A model generated the notes under the pieces. That model made no database searches and was not told where the DNA came from. It worked only from the letters and a program-made list of their open reading frames with translations. A stretch of DNA of 64,000 nucleotides, taken from NCBI GenBank assembly GCA_963719035.1, contig CAVRAO010000008.1, forward strand, positions 352,001 to 416,000, given 5' to 3'. A program made the position numbers and the translations under genes. The stretch is from Methanobacteriota archaeon. Lineage in GTDB: Archaea; Halobacteriota; Bog-38; Methanoflorentales; Methanoflorentaceae. Within the stretch, counting starts at the first letter, position 1. Every line of letters begins with the position of its first letter. Positions 10,473 to 23,918 of this stretch are shown one piece after another.

Positions 10473-10850
10473 TTATTGTTTCTGCTGCAGAGCGGCGAGA
10501 TTGGTTTCTACGACTGCGCCAGTCTTCTGAACTTGTTCCTCTGGACTAAACATCACGAATTCCGTGCCCGCTTCAAAAATCGCCGTATGTGCTGGCTCTG
10601 CGTAGAACACATCCCCGGCATTAAAGACCTCTTCACGGTCTTTGTATATGACGCGGAATCTCCCTTTAAAGACATATCCCCAGTGCTCAGTAGGGTCCAT
10701 ATCGTCGGGCAAGCCTTTGAGAAAGGGAGTCACGTCGAGGTCCTTATTGAAGGTATCTATCTCGACGTGCATTGCCCCCCATGTTGTTTCCCGAAAGACG
10801 TACCCCTCTCCTTCATGTGTAACCGGCATCTCTGTTTTTGAGCTTCTCAT
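10473..10850 (-). CDS. Cupin-domain protein
   Basis: HWGYVFKG...AGDVFY.EPAH; GGAGG RBS before ATG 10850. Confidence 0.8.
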   Translation of the reverse strand: MRSSKTEMPVTHEGEGYVFRETTWGAMHVEIDTFNKDLDVTPFLKGLPDDMDPTEHWGYVFKGRFRVIYKDREEVFNAGDVFYAEPAHTAIFEAGTEFVMFSPEEQVQKTGAVVETNLAALQQKQ

Positions 10851-10970
10851 CGTGGCCTCCTTGAAATTTGATATCGTGTGTTGTTGCATACACCGCGTGC
10901 CGTGAACTTGTACTCTCTCCACGTTTTCACGGTCGCTCACGGCCTTCGTCTGTGTTTTGGCCATCTTGTT

Positions 10971-13635
10971 CTAGTTAGGGCGCCGTCTTCTCCGCAGTGC
11001 GATCCTCTTTCGTCCCTCTTCGATAAAGAGGAGCGATACACAGGCCACACCGATGTAGAGATAGTCAACGGCCGCGATGGGAATCGTCTTGAATGCCACT
11101 TGCATAAATGGGACGTATACGGTAGCGAGCTGGAGGAGCAACGCGATCCCGATAGCGCCTAACAGATAGCGGTTAGAGAACAGCCCTCGTCCGAGCAGCG
11201 GCCGCTCCGAACGGCTGTTGAGGGCATTTACCAGCTGAAAAAGAGAGATCGTAATAAAAGCGACAGTTCTCGTCTCGTCGATGTCGGGGTACACGCCCAA
11301 CCGTTCAAAGAAGAGTAAAAGCGTGCCGGCCGCCATAATGGAGGACAAGAAGATTATCCGCTGCTTGAGGAGTTTTGAGAAGATCCCTTCCTTCGGGTCA
11401 TGTGGCGGCCGTTCCATGACGTCGGGCTCCTCAGGCTCCAACCCGATCGGAATAACACAGATCCCGTCGGTGATGAGGTTGATCCAGAGGATCTGGATTG
11501 GGTAGAGGGGAAGCGGCAGACCAGTAACGATGGCCGTGATAACGATCATCACTTGCGCGGCGTTCGTGGCGAGTAGATAGAGCAGTACCTTTCTCAGATT
11601 GTCAAAGATGCGTCTGCCTTCCTTGACTGCGGCAACGATAGTCGCGTAGTTGTCGTCGGCAAGCACCATGTCTGACGACTCCTTCGCGACCTCAGTCCCT
11701 GACTTGCCCATAGCAACGCCTATGTCGGCGCTGACGAGGGCCGGGGCATCGTTCACCCCATCTCCTGTCACAGCCACGACGTTGCCTGCTGCCTTGAAGG
11801 CATCAACCAAGCGCTTCTTATCGACCGGCTTTGCGCGCGCAAACACCGATACCGTATCGATCTTTTTGGCGAGTTCTGCGTCGCTTAGCGCTTGCAGGTC
11901 TGCAGTCGTCAGCACCTCGCTGTCTGGGGCTGCGATTCCGAGCGTCGCAGCGATTGTCCGTGCGGTTACCGGGTTATCGCCGGTCACCATGACCGTCCGT
12001 ATGCCCGCTTTCCGACTTTCGGCAAGCGCCCTTTTGACCTCCTCTCGGGGAGGGTCCATCATGCCGACAAGCCCGACAAAGACGAAGTCAGACCCTAAGG
12101 CGTCTGGCGAAAGCCGCTTTTCCTCCCACGGCTTATATCCCGCAGCGAGCACTCGAAGCCCTTCAGCAGCCATTTTCTCGCTTTTTTGCGTGATTTCGCT
12201 TTTTTGCGTGTCATCGAGTGGGTGGTGCTGGCCGTCGACATAGACGGCAGACGACAGCGCAAGAATGACTTCAGGAGCGCCCTTTACGTACGCTACGCGG
12301 CCGTCGGCCACCGATTGGTGGAGGGTGACCATGTACTGGTTGACCGGGTCAAACGGGAGTCTCATCGATCCGCGGAGAGGCCTCCTCAAGCGCCGCCTTA
12401 TAGAGCCCCGCCTTTGCGCCAGCAGCAAGCATCGCCGCGTCAGTTGGGTCCCCGAGCATCCCGTCCGTCTCTGGCGTGAGGACAGCGTCATTGCAGAGAG
12501 ATAAGACCTTCAAGAGTATGCGCACGTTGTCATCAGGAGCGACGGGCGTGTCATCAATCAAGAATTCGCCGGCAGTCGAATATCCCACGCCGGTGACCGA
12601 AACTGACGTGTTCCCTGCACGGAGCGCTACGACGTTCATCTCGTTCCGCGTAAGCGTGCCCGTCTTATCCGAAAGAATGACGGTCGTTGATCCGAGTGTT
12701 TCGATGGCAGAAAGGCGCCGGACGTAGGCGTTTTTTTGTGCCATCGCTCTCACGCCTGATGTTAAAATGACTGTGATGACTGCTGGGAGTCCCTCAGGAA
12801 TGGCCGAAACAGCCTGACTCACAGAGATAAGGAAGATATCATAGAACGACTCACCGCGCAGAACGCCGAGACTGACGATCAAAGCACTCGCGAACAAGAC
12901 GACGACAAAAATCCAGCGTCCGAGCCTTGCAAGGTTCTTCTGCAGGGGGGTGGCTTCTCGCTCAGTTTCCGTAATCGATTGAGCAATCTTCCCGAACTCA
13001 GTATGGTAGCCGGTAGCCACCACGGCAGCCTTGGCTCGGCCTCTCGTAATCACCGTGCTGGCGTATACCATGTTCGACGCGTCGGCGCGCGGCGACTTGT
13101 ATACGGTCACCGACTCGCCGGTGAGGGCCGCTTCATCAACTTTTAGGTTCGCCGCTTCAAAGAGCCGTGCGTCTGCAGGGACCCGATCCCCGGCCTCGAG
13201 AAGGATAATGTCTCCAGGAACGAGTTCATCAACGGCGAGCGTGGTTGGTTGACCGTCACGAACTGCCTTCGCCTTCGGGGCGGTGAGCTGTTTAAGCGAC
13301 TCGAGGACGTTTTCAGCCTTGTTCTCTTGAAAAAAACCGATCAGCGCGTTGGCCAAAACGACGACCGCGATGACGAACGTGTCGACGTGTTTGTCGAGCG
13401 AGAAGGTGATGACCGCCGCGGCAATCAACAGATAGATGAGGGGGCTTCGAAACTGCCGCAAGAAGAGGCGCAATCTGCTGACTTTTTTGCGTTCCTCGAT
13501 ACGGTTGAGGCCATATTCTTGAAGCCTTTCTGTAGCTTCGTCCGCAGTAATCCCGGTTTCACGCGAACCAAGCACACGAAAAAGATCATCTACTTCAAGA
13601 TGTGTCCACTCTTCTTCGTTATCCTTGCTGCTCAT
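10971..13635 (-). pseudogene. P-type (IIA, Ca2+-like) cation ATPase split by a +1 frameshift at ~12360 (pseudogene or sequence error)
   Basis: TGES, PEGL and DKTGT in the first ORF; KGAPE, TGD and GDGVND in the second. Removing one base restores PRIDELPFDP. Confidence 0.85.
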
Positions 13636-14021
13636 AGCTCGTGGATGCCCTGCGGCGCTACAGTTCCGTCCATTTTGACAGCGTGTAAGCGCCCTCAACG
13701 TTTATCGTTTTTCATTTCTTTAACTATTTTAGCTATTCGAGACTTGCAGCCGTGAACGACCCAATCAAAGCGTTCTGAAACAGAAGAAGACGTGACTGAG
13801 CCAAAGCCCTTTCAGATACCACACCATCCCCATTGCAGAGGGTTGTAGCAACAAGGAAGGAACACGCCACTACTCTTCAAGAAATGCATTAGGCGAAAGC
13901 GCGACAAGATACGGTAAACAAAGTGAGTTTGTTAAAGTCAAACGTTTTCTATTACGAAGCCCCCACACATGGTGGTGGAACACCGGTAGACGATATTGGA
14001 TTAAAAAAGGGAGAACAGAGC

Positions 14022-14225
14022 ATGTGCGAGTTGGATTATGGCTTGGGTAAGGACTGTCCGGTTCACGGAGGCAAGCCGCGCTCTACAAACTGCCCTTGCA
14101 ATGAGTTTCAGAAATGCGTTGCCGAGTATATCATACCGCTATGTTTCGGATGTACGAGGCGCCGAACTTGTCCGCTAGCGTATACCTCGGAGTGTGATCT
14201 CTTTAAGATCGATGTGCTCATGTGA
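14022..14225 (+). CDS. Small Cys-rich protein (9 Cys in 67 aa)
   Basis: GGGAG RBS; CPVH, CPC and CFGC motifs. Confidence 0.55.
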   Translation: MCELDYGLGKDCPVHGGKPRSTNCPCNEFQKCVAEYIIPLCFGCTRRRTCPLAYTSECDLFKIDVLM

Positions 14226-14265
14226 CAGCCTAGAGATTACGAGAGAGCGGGGTTGAGGATGAAAA

Positions 14266-14448
14266 ATGAGTGATGTAGAGCGCGTAACTAAAGAATCTAT
14301 CGCAACGCCCAGCTTACACTTACTTCACCACGTGCAAAATGTAGAAGAGCACGAAGAGTTGTGGCGCGAACTCCAGGCACAGCAAAAGCAGATAGATGAC
14401 CTCTATAAACTAGTGCTCCGGCTATTAAGGGCAACTCTGCAACCGTAA
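14266..14448 (+). CDS. Small hypothetical coiled-coil protein
   Basis: GAGG RBS; 60 aa with a heptad-like C-terminus. Confidence 0.5.
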   Translation: MSDVERVTKESIATPSLHLLHHVQNVEEHEELWRELQAQQKQIDDLYKLVLRLLRATLQP

Positions 14449-14454
14449 GATTGG

Positions 14455-14823
14455 ATGATCACGCGATCTCTGCTGGTCCATTCACCGGGGTGCCCGGAGC
14501 AAACATCCGCAGGAGAATTAGGTGTCGATACCACGTTTAAGGGTAAAGGAAGCATGGAGGGACCGACGTCGGAGTTTACGGGAAAGATGACGGAATACGA
14601 TCCCTACAAGAGATCGCGCAAAGTAATGGACTTCGGGGACTTCACCATTGATGATGAGCTCGTTTTCGATCCTAGAGACGGCGGCACGAAGTTCACCTTG
14701 GGGTACGATGTGAAAGTACGTGGATTCGCCAAGTTACTTTCATCGAGGATAAACAACGCAATGCGCAAAGAGTTGAAGCAGGCCGTTAGCAACCTGAAGA
14801 CCATTCTTGAAACTCAATCCTAA
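14455..14823 (+). pseudogene. SRPBCC/polyketide cyclase-like protein, apparently lacking its N-terminus
   Basis: GVDTTF...TEYDP...FDPRDGGTKFT...LKTILE pattern. Confidence 0.6.
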
Positions 14824-14879
14824 GCCGCCCTTAACTACAAAGGTGGTACCTATGCAAAAAAACTCATTGTTTTGGTGCT

Positions 14880-15064
14880 GTGTAGGAGTGATTCCCATTC
14901 AGTATAACCAGACAACAGCGACGAACAAATCGGTTAAAATGACGCAAACTTACGTCGTTAATAACCATGTGGGGTATATTATTACGTACAAAGCTATTTT
15001 TAGCGACTACGATACGTATCTAGCGCAAGCACAACGAACAATGAACTCGTTTGTCCTGACGTGA
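14880..15064 (+). pseudogene. C-terminal fragment of a PsbP-like lipoprotein
   Basis: TQTYVVNNHVGYIITY....DYDTYLAQAQRTMNSF. Confidence 0.55.
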
Positions 15065-15106
15065 GGGTCCCCTAAATTGAGAGACCGAAGGTAATACCCA
15101 AAACTG

Positions 15107-15694
15107 GTGCAGTCAATGAATAGTTTAAGAGAGACACTTGAGCAGGAAGATGTTGGCCCCATAATTCGCAGGTTCTTCATCAACACCCTGTTTGACTCGA
15201 CCTTTATGCTGCTGGGCATAATTGTAGGCTCAGCTTTCGCCGCCGGCGCAGGCCTAAACGTCATCATAGTCACTATGATAACGACCAGCCTTGCCTTGGG
15301 CATCTCAACGGGCGTAAGCGTCTACGAAGCCGAAAGCTTAGAACAAGAACGAAAAATCTCCTACTTGGAAAAAGCACTCTTAGCCGACCTCGACGACACC
15401 AGCATCCAAAAAACCGCGAAATATACCATAGTGCTTGCCACAGTAATAAACTTTGCAACACCCCCTCTCGCATGCGCTATCACGATTACGCCTTTTGTCT
15501 TTGCAGCGATTGGATTGCTGCAGATTGATGTCGCCTCTTGGTTATCTGTGGGATTAGCCTTAAGCGCTTTGTTTGCCGCAGGCGCCTACATGGGACGAAT
15601 CGGAAAAACAAACCCCTTCATAAAAGGAGTGAGGATGGTAGCCTTCGGAGTATTAGCCTTCGCCCTCGGCTTTATCTTAGACTTCCTCATCTAA
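15107..15694 (+). CDS. VIT1/CCC1 family transporter (archaeal type)
   Basis: RRFFINTLFDS...LGISTGVSVYEAE. Confidence 0.85.
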   Translation: MQSMNSLRETLEQEDVGPIIRRFFINTLFDSTFMLLGIIVGSAFAAGAGLNVIIVTMITTSLALGISTGVSVYEAESLEQERKISYLEKALLADLDDTSIQKTAKYTIVLATVINFATPPLACAITITPFVFAAIGLLQIDVASWLSVGLALSALFAAGAYMGRIGKTNPFIKGVRMVAFGVLAFALGFILDFLI

Positions 15695-15784
15695 CCAGTA
15701 GTTAGGGCAGTCCGCTGCAAAGGCTGCTTCACGCTCTAACGGGTTTCTAGCCCTTCAATTTAGCAATCACGTGCTTTTTTTACA

Positions 15785-16054
15785 CTAACCCTTCCAATAC
15801 CACCATTTACGTTTTTCAGGATCCTGCATACGTTCCGGCGTTTCCGCGAAGTACACCGCACAGCGGAAGACATAGAGCAGGCACCGGTCCTGAGTTTTTC
15901 CCGCATAGTCGTTGGAAAGTGCGTACAGGAGCTCCGGGTCCTTGCCCTTTAAATCATCAATCCGGTCAATGCCAATGGCCCTAAGATCTTTTGCGATAGA
16001 TTTCCCAACGCCGGGGATGCCCGTCAGGTATTGCGACTGAAACCGCTTTTTCAT
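15785..16054 (-). CDS. Cdd1/mitomycin-resistance-like helix-hairpin-helix protein
   Basis: IPGVGKSIAKDL...DRCLLYVFRCAVY...WWYWK. Confidence 0.85.
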   Translation of the reverse strand: MKKRFQSQYLTGIPGVGKSIAKDLRAIGIDRIDDLKGKDPELLYALSNDYAGKTQDRCLLYVFRCAVYFAETPERMQDPEKRKWWYWKG

Positions 16055-16061
16055 GAAGGCT

Positions 16062-16490
16062 CTACTCCTCACCGATATACCGTTCACGGGAAGGCGCGGG
16101 TCCATCCTGCACCGCGTTCCTGAGCAGTATTATATGAATAGTCACGGCCGCCAGCACTACTAGCAGCACAATCCTGATTGCCAACTTGTCGGTAGCAAAG
16201 GCCACTGAGCACCCCAGTGTAAGCCACAGCAGGCTGAGCGTTAGCAGCTTCATTCTTATCGACATGCCGCTGCCTTGCATGTAATTCATCACATAACTGC
16301 CGACCAGCCTGTTACGAAGCAGCGCGGCGTACAGCCGCTGCGAGCTGCGCATATAACAGAATGCCGCCAGGAGCAGCAAGGGCGTTGTCGGCAGTAAGGG
16401 GATAAAAATACCGATGATCCCCACGCCAAGGGCCAAGGTGCCTGCGGCAATCAGCAGGGACCTTTTAAATGTACCAACGCTGGCAGACAT
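16062..16490 (-). CDS. YbaN/DUF454 membrane protein
   Basis: GIIGIFIPLLPTTPLLLLAAFCY.RSS. Confidence 0.9.
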   Translation of the reverse strand: MSASVGTFKRSLLIAAGTLALGVGIIGIFIPLLPTTPLLLLAAFCYMRSSQRLYAALLRNRLVGSYVMNYMQGSGMSIRMKLLTLSLLWLTLGCSVAFATDKLAIRIVLLVVLAAVTIHIILLRNAVQDGPAPSRERYIGEE

Positions 16491-17342
16491 ATGATTGTCA
16501 CCTAGAAGGGCGCGGGACCCCCTTTTATAGGGCAGCCCCGTACCAGACTCCCGCTTTAAGCAAGTATGATAACCAGGTTCTTTTGTGTTGCCCTTCGCGT
16601 AAAAGAAAGATAACGCTTGACTAAAATTGCACCATACGTTTCTAGTTTTTTTTGGACTACAAATGAGTAGGGATCTCTCGCAGTGCATTTCGGGTTTGGT
16701 TGTCTAATAATTTGAGCAGAAGCTATCGTCGCGTGCGCGCTGTGGGGCTACGATGATCTTTCGACCTAAGACGGCGTCTGGAAGGTTGTACATCGACATG
16801 CAGATACGATAACAGACTTAGCGAGCGGAATCGAAATTCAGTGGTAGATCGGCCATTTCCTTCGTCAATCTGAAAAAATCCGAGTATCTAATATCCATTA
16901 TCAAGGAGGAGATTTTAGGATTGTATGAGAACGTCAACGTCATAAAGCCGCTCTTTGCGGTGACGGGGACAATCTTCACCCTCTGAGTATATTTTCAGGT
17001 ATGATAGCGTTCATTTTTGAAATTTAACCTGTGAAAGCTCTTTGTTACAGCTCTAAAGCGCACACTATCATCTAAATATGATTTCTGCAGTGGAACCGAA
17101 TGTGACTTTTAAATGCGGAATAAGCCACATAAATAGTTTTTCGTTTAACCCTCACCGAACAGTTTATATGAGGTCTGCCATAACTTTTATTATCAGGAAA
17201 AGCATGCTCGGGGCCCAAAAAAGGCATATGAGAGCTGCTGTTGCTGACCTACGAAGAACTACACTTCATATCGTGCGGAATTGTTTCGATTTGATTTTGA
17301 TTCTAACAGAAGACTAGCGATCTGAAAGGGAGGTATACTGTC

Positions 17343-18648
17343 ATGAACAAGATGCGTCTTGCCTTGCCAGGGGTGCTAGCGCTCCTTTTGGTAGCAACAA
17401 CAACGGTGCCCGCAACTGCGGTTTCTACTCAGCCCTCAACGCACTCGATTGAATATCATGTTGGCTGTGGCCAAGCGATGATATGGGATGGCTCGCTTGA
17501 CTACTTTAAAGCGCACGGGTTCTCCACGGTCCATCTTGTCGTTCGTGATCAGAAGCCGTACAAGGAAGAGCTCGCAAAGATCAAATCGCTCGGTATGAAG
17601 GGGATTATTGATATCGAAATCCCCATTTGGGACGCGGGCAAGAAGAAGAGCGTTCCAATCGAAAACTTTGCCTCGTATTTCCAATCACTCAAAGCTGCGG
17701 GATGGGAATACGTCGCGTCCGAAGGCGGTCGTGAAGGTGACGCCAACTATCTCGCGCGGTACTTCAAGGGCTACGTTAACTACAACTGTGACCAGTGCGG
17801 CTTATGGAAGAACATGCACCTCCAGTCAGGCACGGTGATGAACAGCTGGGAGAGCTTTTATCCGTCAGAGTGGCAGTACATCCAGCAGGGAGCAAAGGAA
17901 TCAGCCGCGTTAGGTAAGACGAACGGAATCCTTGCCGGGGTGTGGGGGAGTTCTAAAGGGGTCGATCACAACCCGATACTAACCAACTCGAAGAATGGGG
18001 GATCACCGAGTTACAAGTCAATGCTCGACTGGTCCTATTCTAATGGGGTCGGTTTCACTCATTTTCACGTGTGGTGCAGCATAAATTCCAACGGCCTAGC
18101 TTTATACAAACAACTGGGATTTGAGCAGATCGTCAACGAGCTGCAAAAGACGTATCCTGCCACAACAGCAGCGTCTTCTGGAACGACAGCATCGAAGGCA
18201 GTAACGCCGACACCTAAAGCGACGGTAACGCCTAAAGCGACGGTGAACGGTGAAAGCGACGGCAACGGTGAAGGCAGTGCCAACGGTGAAGGCAGTGAGC
18301 ACGGTGAAGGCAGTGAGCACAGTGAAGGCAACGGCAACCCCTACGGCGACGGCAACGGTGAAGGCAGTGAGCACGGTGAAGGCGACTCCGCAACCGACGA
18401 AAACAGCCCCCATCAATAAGGCTACTGCGACGCCAACTCAAATGACCGCTGCTAAGGAGGTAATCAGCACAACCAGCTCCTCAGATGTGCTTAGGAACAG
18501 CTCAGTTCTGGAGCTATCTGTTCCATCAGCTCCAATTGACAATAGTTCGGACTTGTCACCACAACCTATACTCGAGTTCTCGTTACTAGGAATCGGCGTG
18601 CCGCTGGCGATTGCCGGGGCCATCTACATGTTTATGAGAAGAGGGTAA
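17343..18648 (+). CDS. Exported protein (possible glycoside-hydrolase-like barrel) with Thr-rich linker and C-terminal TM anchor; frameshift at ~18246
   Basis: GGAGGT RBS and signal peptide. ORFs 17343-18419 and 18250-18648 join if one A is removed. Confidence 0.75.
18229..18390 (+). repeat. Degenerate 18-bp tandem repeat (ACGGTGAAGGCAGTGAGC, encoding TVKAVS)
   Basis: About nine periodic units visible in the sequence. Confidence 0.9.
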
Positions 18649-18824
18649 TTGGGCGAAGGAGCAACCTCTCGACACCTAATAGTGAGGGTTTCAATTGCGT
18701 TGTCCGACGTTGCAGTCTTGAACCTACAGAGAACAAAGGGATACGCTCGCGTGGCAAGTTTCCTTGTAATACGCGAAACCAACTTTTGCAGCTTATGCCC
18801 TTCTATTCTTACGCAGTATGCGAT

Positions 18825-18890
18825 CTACGTCCTTCTTAAGATAACGAAAACGGCTCCAAAGCGATGAGCGCAAAGAAGCCACCGATGCCG
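18825..18890 (-). pseudogene. Orphan C-terminal TM-anchor remnant paralogous to the 3' end of 45486-46046
   Basis: Shares AAACGGCTCCAA and AGCGATGAGCGCAAAGA with ~45508-45538. Confidence 0.65.
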
Positions 18891-19390
18891 CTCAAGGTAT
18901 ATGCATGATAAACGTGGCATTGATCCGCCGATAGAATTCCTGTTCAGAAGCGCGACGCCCTGCTTAACGAGGTCGTACAGCGCTGCATCGAGTTGTCACC
19001 CGCAGATCGAAGCGGACGGATACACGTGCGCGAGCTTGCTCGAAGTCGACGCAACGTTCGCAGGCACGTGACTACGCACTTAGACTTTCCGATGCGCGTG
19101 CCTTATCCTACCGCGATACTCAGTTTACCGTAACCGCGTTTAAACGGTTTGATGCCCTCAAAAAGGTTAATTTTAATCTGCCGGCTCTATATCTCGCCAG
19201 AACCGCATATACGTGTCAAAGACGTCTTCAGTGAAGCGGGTGTTAATTAGTGCTCCCAATCCACTCCAGTCATACCGTGCGTTGAGACATATGTGCGGTT
19301 TATCGCTTCCTACCTGATGAGGTCCCCCAACATCGGGAAAAACGTGACCCAGGTGGAGATTTCCTCCTTAGCACGGCGACTTGATGTAAG

Positions 19391-19801
19391 TCAGTCCTCG
19401 ACGACGACTTTCCCCGTCATATACGGATGTGGGATGCAGTAGTACTCATAGGTCCCAATCTCGCTGAATTGTGCTTGATGCGTCGCATCTTTGCCCATGT
19501 CACCTGACGAGGGGAACCGGCTATCAGTCGACGTGACCGTGTGCATGGCCGAATCGCTGTTAGTCCACTTTACGGTCGTCCCTTTTTTTACCGTGAGCTC
19601 CGCTGGCTGATAGGCAAAGTTTTCGATATTGACTGATTCGGCAGTAGGACTAGCTTGACCGGTCTTGGCAGTAGTTGTCCCCGTAGACTCCGTGGCGTTA
19701 GCTGTCGGCGTCGTTGTTGGTGTGCTCGACGTGCAGCCCGTAACGAAAACAGCGGTCGCGACAACTGCGGCGATTACGGAAAAGATAAGTGATTTTTTCA
19801 T
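19391..19801 (-). CDS. Cupredoxin (plastocyanin/amicyanin-like) lipoprotein
   Basis: Lipobox VTGC; type-1 Cu ligands H(TVT)...CIPHPYM. Confidence 0.92.
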   Translation of the reverse strand: MKKSLIFSVIAAVVATAVFVTGCTSSTPTTTPTANATESTGTTTAKTGQASPTAESVNIENFAYQPAELTVKKGTTVKWTNSDSAMHTVTSTDSRFPSSGDMGKDATHQAQFSEIGTYEYYCIPHPYMTGKVVVED

Positions 19802-20024
19802 AGTGAACACCTGGTAAAGATAAGGCCCAAAGGAGCGTTATGCATACTATCGTTTATCTTTATGCACCGTTGGAGGCATAACCGTTGCAAAGAACAGATA
19901 AACGGCTCTTTAAAGCGTTTTATCGCTCACTAGAACAGCCGCTCGCTCCATTGTTTAGAGGTGGTGACCCTACACGTCGAACCGCAACGCTTTCATAGAG
20001 GCACAATATGAACAGAGAGGCTGC

Positions 20025-20264
20025 ATGGTAATTGATATACGGACAGTAACGACAGTAAGCCTTATCGTTCAGCTCGTGCTCATCGCCTTTGTCTTTGGCG
20101 CAGTGTACCTCGCGCGCAAAAGAAGGCTCATTCGTCATTGCACTATCATAAGCGGAGCCACTATCGTCCAAATTGTAACAATAGTGGCGATTATGCCATC
20201 GATGCTCGGGTACGTTAAAAATGTCCCCCCTGAGCCGAGACTGAATTCTGTGCGTTTTATGTAA
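20025..20264 (+). pseudogene. Truncated membrane protein (DUF420-like)
   Basis: Two TM helices with a conserved-looking His; ends abruptly near the katG segment. Confidence 0.45.
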
Positions 20265-20376
20265 TCCAACGGGAGTGTGAAACTTCTACCTTTTTTTCAT
20301 GAAGCTAACCTGTTTTGGGGAATGACCGTTTTTTCGCCGCCCTTTCAGAAGCCCTCGAAGACCGTTTATGCTCCGA

Positions 20377-22611
<2,235 letters not shown>

Positions 22612-22647
22612 CTACTTTGAATACTAGTGTTTCGCTGCTCATCTAGT

Positions 22648-22916
22648 TAACATCTCCGTCTGCTTGCCGACTTCGGAGAAGAGCTTGGCCTTGGTGTAGC
22701 GGGTGATGTCATGCGTTACGGTGAAGGCGCCGATAGCGCCCGAGCCCTTCGCGTGCATGCGCCGCTCGGGGATGGCCTCCCGGTCGAAGTGCGCCCTTTT
22801 CTAAGAACCAAACATCTTGCAGCAGCACGGGGCCCTCGCGGGCCGGCGGTCATGGTATTCTGGTTGTCCGCCACGGGTGCCCCCGCGACGGTGGTCAGTT
22901 TCTTTTGAGCTGTCAT
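22648..22916 (-). pseudogene. Monofunctional heme catalase 5' remnant with two frameshifts
   Basis: [54 protein letters not shown]. Confidence 0.93.
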
Positions 22917-23438
22917 TTTCGACCTTCCCCTTTAATTAGGTCTAATTTTTGTAAGTCAAGATTAAAATTCGTTTCGTCGTTGAATATAATAACTTGACAC
23001 GACTGATTGGAGGTTATGGCAAAAGTGAGCTCATAATTGCATCATCGAACACCCTTGCTTTCGTTAAAGCAAATGGGGCGTTCCACAGTGCTGATGTTCC
23101 AGTGCTGCCTATGCCACGATTTCGATGCGAAAAGACTGGATAAGGTGGGCGGTAAGGCGAAAGCGGGGGGAGATTCGCCAAAAAATAGTCCAAGAAGGGA
23201 GTGCCCCACCTTCGCCAGTAGTTGTATTAAAGCACCCTAGAGTAATATAATGCTTATCCATTCCCGTTGGGCCAGTGAGATAACGCTCTTTGTGCAGTTA
23301 ATTCACCTTATAAAAAGAGGTTTTTCCGAGTTTTAATTCCACTCGCAAGGCGAAGATGAGGGCCTCACCATCGCTCTAAATGCAATTCATCAAACTATAG
23401 ATCCTAAATCCACTCATCTACTTGAGATTGAAGCGTTA

Positions 23439-23918
23439 TCACTTCTCCAAGAGGTCGATGATGTCGCCCTCTATTTCTGAGGGTTTTGTTGTTGGCGCAT
23501 ACCGCTTAAAAGGCACACCTTCTTTGGAGACCAGGAATTTCGTAAAATTCCACTTTATGTTGCTCCCAAGAATGCCTCCGGGCAACTCCTTTTTTAAGTA
23601 AACAAAGAGCGGATGGGTATCTTTGCCGTTGACGTGTATTTTCTCGGAAATGAGGAAGGTGACGCCAAAGTTTATCAGGCACACTTTGACCATCGTCTCA
23701 TTTGACTCTGGCTCCTGTTTAAACTGGTCCGAGGGAAAGCCAATCACCTCAAGTCCACGGTCCTTGTACGCCTGGTAGAGTTTTTCGAGTTCTGTAAACT
23801 GCCCCGCCAGACCGCATTTGGTCGCCGTGTTAACAATGAGAACAACCTTTCCACGAAATTCGGACATGCTAATAGTCGATCCGAACGAATCACGAAAAGT
23901 AAAGTCATAGAACGTCAT
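23439..23918 (-). CDS. Glutathione peroxidase family (Cys-type)
   Basis: VNTATKCG, GFPSDQF and WNFTKFL motifs. Confidence 0.95.
   Translation of the reverse strand: MTFYDFTFRDSFGSTISMSEFRGKVVLIVNTATKCGLAGQFTELEKLYQAYKDRGLEVIGFPSDQFKQEPESNETMVKVCLINFGVTFLISEKIHVNGKDTHPLFVYLKKELPGGILGSNIKWNFTKFLVSKEGVPFKRYAPTTKPSEIEGDIIDLLEK

Noticed and set aside
12349-12370. Programmed frameshifting in the P-type ATPase
   Set aside because: No slippery sequence or stimulatory structure is apparent; error or recent mutation is simpler.
16940-17015. Possible fifth Cys4-family relic on the minus strand (IPENILRG/EDC)
   Set aside because: It needs a frameshift, has no CxxC, and the opposite strand has an equally plausible frame.
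18247-18419. GEGSEH repeats as a genuine His-rich metal-binding tail
   Set aside because: This is the shifted reading of the TVKAVS linker repeat; the other frame leads to the TM anchor.
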